A stretch of 64,000 nt of DNA from Candidatus Falkowbacteria bacterium (GTDB lineage: Bacteria; Patescibacteriota; Patescibacteriia; Patescibacteriales; GWE2-39-37): positions 13,863 through 77,862 of the forward strand of contig JAAXUA010000005.1 of NCBI GenBank assembly GCA_013336275.1, in the 5' to 3' direction. Under the pieces are notes generated by a model. The model did not search any database. It saw only the letters and a program-made list of their open reading frames with translations, and was not told the origin of the DNA. The position numbers and the translations under genes are program-made. Shown here one piece after another: positions 62,180-64,000 of this stretch; position 1 is the first letter of the stretch, and each line of letters begins with the position of its first letter.

Positions 62180-62947
62180 ATGACAATTCTCTATACTCAA
62201 GTTGTCGCCCTCATAGTATTCATGAATCTTTGGTTCTTGTATGCAGCGATAAAAAGCAGGAACGATGTGGCTGATGTAGCTTGGGGTCTCGGCTTCGTTT
62301 TGTTGGCATTGATAGGCGCCTTGATGAATCCTAGCACAAAAAATATCTTCTTGTTTTTGTTGGTTGCAATTTGGGGATTTCGGTTGGCTTATCATATTGG
62401 CACTAGATTTTTAAAAAGTGACAAGGAGGATAGTCGATATCAGAAAATGCGAGAAGGCTGGAGCGGTTCCGGGATAGTCAATTCATGGTACCGAATATTC
62501 ATGGTGCAGGGCGGGTTACTGCTGTTAGTTGGGGCGAGTATTTTGGCTGTGAGCAGTTCTCCGGCTAGTAGTTTTAGTTTAGTAAACATTTTAGGTGTGC
62601 TGATTTGGTTATTCGGCATAGTTTTTGAGACTATTGGCGATCGGCAACTTAAATCATTTCTGAGTAAAGAAGAAAACAGGGGACATATCATGAAAACCGG
62701 ACTCTGGCGCTATACTCGCCATCCAAACTACTTTGGTGAAGCAACTTTGTGGTGGGGAATCTGGTTCATTACTTTTGGTACACAATTTTTTTGGCTAGGC
62801 CTTGTTGGACCAATTACCATAACCATACTCTTGCGGTTTGTCTCCGGTGTGCCATTGGCCGAGAAACGATATACTGATAACCAGGAGTTTATTGAGTATG
62901 CCAAAAAAACTCCAGCGATGGTGCCTAATTTTTTTATAAAGCAGTAA
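62180..62947 (+). CDS. DUF1295 / steroid-5-alpha-reductase-like membrane protein
   Basis: 255 aa from ATG 62180; RNDVADVAWGLGFV, TGLWRYTRHPNYFGE motifs. Confidence 0.65.
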   Translation: MTILYTQVVALIVFMNLWFLYAAIKSRNDVADVAWGLGFVLLALIGALMNPSTKNIFLFLLVAIWGFRLAYHIGTRFLKSDKEDSRYQKMREGWSGSGIVNSWYRIFMVQGGLLLLVGASILAVSSSPASSFSLVNILGVLIWLFGIVFETIGDRQLKSFLSKEENRGHIMKTGLWRYTRHPNYFGEATLWWGIWFITFGTQFFWLGLVGPITITILLRFVSGVPLAEKRYTDNQEFIEYAKKTPAMVPNFFIKQ

Positions 62948-62978
62948 TTAAGTATGATTCTAAAATCAACGTAAATAC

Positions 62979-63668
62979 ATGACCACAGACAAGAGCCAAA
63001 ATGAAGAAATTATTAATCTCAGTAATATATCGAAATCTTTTTTTGAGAACGGAAAGGAAATTAGTATCCTAAAAGATTTGAACTTGACGGTCAGGAGGGG
63101 TGAGAAGATTGGCATTATCGGTCCCTCAGGATCTGGTAAATCGACCATTCTCTCAATCATGGCTGGATTGGACAGGCCGGATGCTGGTGAGGTTATCGTT
63201 AATTCAAAAAATTTGAATAATTTGTCAGAGGTTGACTTGGCTAAATTTAGAAATCAGGATATCGGCATTATTTTTCAGTCCTTCGAACTAATTTTGCCTT
63301 TCACAGTAAAAGAAAATGTCGCGGCTCCACAAGAAATTAGCGGGGCTAGTGATAATGATTTTATTCTATCTCTCTTGGAAAGTGTTAAATTATCACAAAA
63401 AACCAATAGTGGAGTTAATAACCTTTCAGGTGGGGAAAAACAACGTACGGCTATCGCCAGAAGTTTGTCCAATAAACCGGAGATTATACTCGCGGACGAA
63501 CCAACTGGGTCTCTAGATAGAATCACCGGCAAGAGTGTTCTGGATCTCTTAATAAACCTAACCGAGGAGGAAAACAAGGTTCTAATAATAATTACTCATG
63601 ATGAAGAGATAGCCAAGAAAATGGACAGGGTGTATGTACTAAAGGACAGAAAGCTGATTTTGATTTAG
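62979..63668 (+). CDS. ABC transporter ATP-binding protein (MacB/LolD/FtsE type)
   Basis: Walker A GPSGSGKST, signature LSGGEKQR, Walker B IILADEPTGSLD. Confidence 0.92.
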   Translation: MTTDKSQNEEIINLSNISKSFFENGKEISILKDLNLTVRRGEKIGIIGPSGSGKSTILSIMAGLDRPDAGEVIVNSKNLNNLSEVDLAKFRNQDIGIIFQSFELILPFTVKENVAAPQEISGASDNDFILSLLESVKLSQKTNSGVNNLSGGEKQRTAIARSLSNKPEIILADEPTGSLDRITGKSVLDLLINLTEEENKVLIIITHDEEIAKKMDRVYVLKDRKLILI

Positions 63669-63669
63669 T

Positions 63670-64000
63670 ATGATATTCAAATATTCACGAAAAATTTTAT
63701 ACAAAGAGAAGGAGAAGTTTTTCTTGCCTTTTATTTCCATCCTACTTACATCAAGCGTGGTGGTTTTGTCATATTTTTTGATATCATCAACCTCGGCGTA
63801 TCTGTCAGCTAGGGACAAGGAGTTTATCGGTGGTGACGTCGCCATAGAATCAAGTAAAATTTTTGATATCAGTACTTATTTATCTGAAAACAAAATAAAA
63901 AAAATTACTAAGCAGATTAATTTTCAGGGCCTGATATCAAGCAAGGAAAATGCCACGGGGGTTGATTTTACGTTTGTTGATCAAAACTTTCCCTTGTATG
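63670..64000 (+). CDS. FtsX/MacB-like ABC permease, 3' end off the right edge (absent from supplied ORF track)
   Basis: Own translation from ATG 63670 stays open to the window end: MIFKYSRKILYKEKEKFFLPFISILLTSSVVVLSYFL...; starts 2 nt after the ATPase stop; N-terminal TM plus periplasmic-domain layout. Confidence 0.6.
   Translation, partial: MIFKYSRKILYKEKEKFFLPFISILLTSSVVVLSYFLISSTSAYLSARDKEFIGGDVAIESSKIFDISTYLSENKIKKITKQINFQGLISSKENATGVDFTFVDQNFPLY

Overview
This 64-kb chromosomal window looks like it comes from a small-genome, CPR/Patescibacteria-like bacterium using the standard code (TGA is a stop). That lineage call is inference. It rests on an str-S10-spc ribosomal superoperon (24.2-43.5 kb) with S5 directly followed by L15 (no L30), Lys/Ala/Glu-rich tails on several r-proteins, and many small hypothetical genes.

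The rest is mostly housekeeping:
- translation and tRNA: hisS, aspS, rlmN, and tRNA-Pro, tRNA-Thr, tRNA-Tyr and tRNA-Trp
- Phe/Tyr terminal steps: aminotransferase, chorismate mutase, prephenate dehydratase and prephenate dehydrogenase
- carbon and nucleotide metabolism: glgC, tpiA, fba, a pyrF/pyrE cluster
- DNA, chromosome and envelope: nfo, recO, ruvX, scpAB, mscL, proteases

Two edge-truncated genes are missing from the supplied ORF track: an Mqo-like oxidoreductase on the left and an FtsX-like permease on the right. Several genes under 60 aa are missing too, including rpmB, rpmG and some microproteins.

Most interesting observations:
1. Two divergent canonical T-box riboswitch leaders fire from back-to-back consensus promoters. 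One controls an unrecognisable 267-aa protein plus a degenerate histidine-phosphatase-like protein. The other controls a nucleoside-deoxyribosyltransferase-like gene plus aspS.
2. rpsJ is separated from rplC by 0.9 kb carrying a terminator, an antisense microprotein gene with a perfect promoter, a new promoter and a 308-nt leader with an attenuator-like hairpin.
3. L3 carries a roughly 190-aa C-terminal extension.
4. A leaderless 16-codon Met-Met-Met ORF, two terminators and a 27-bp perfect inverted repeat lie upstream of a DUF62 SAM-hydrolase-like gene.
5. A roughly 270-nt promoter-to-terminator structured RNA of unknown class sits next to tRNA-Pro.
6. A three-gene operon encodes paralogous zinc-ribbon microproteins behind its own leader.
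7. There is a cluster of SLOG/LOG and PRTase-type nucleotide-handling genes.
8. A low-GC island begins right after tRNA-Trp.

All protein calls come from motif recognition by eye. No database search or folding program was run.
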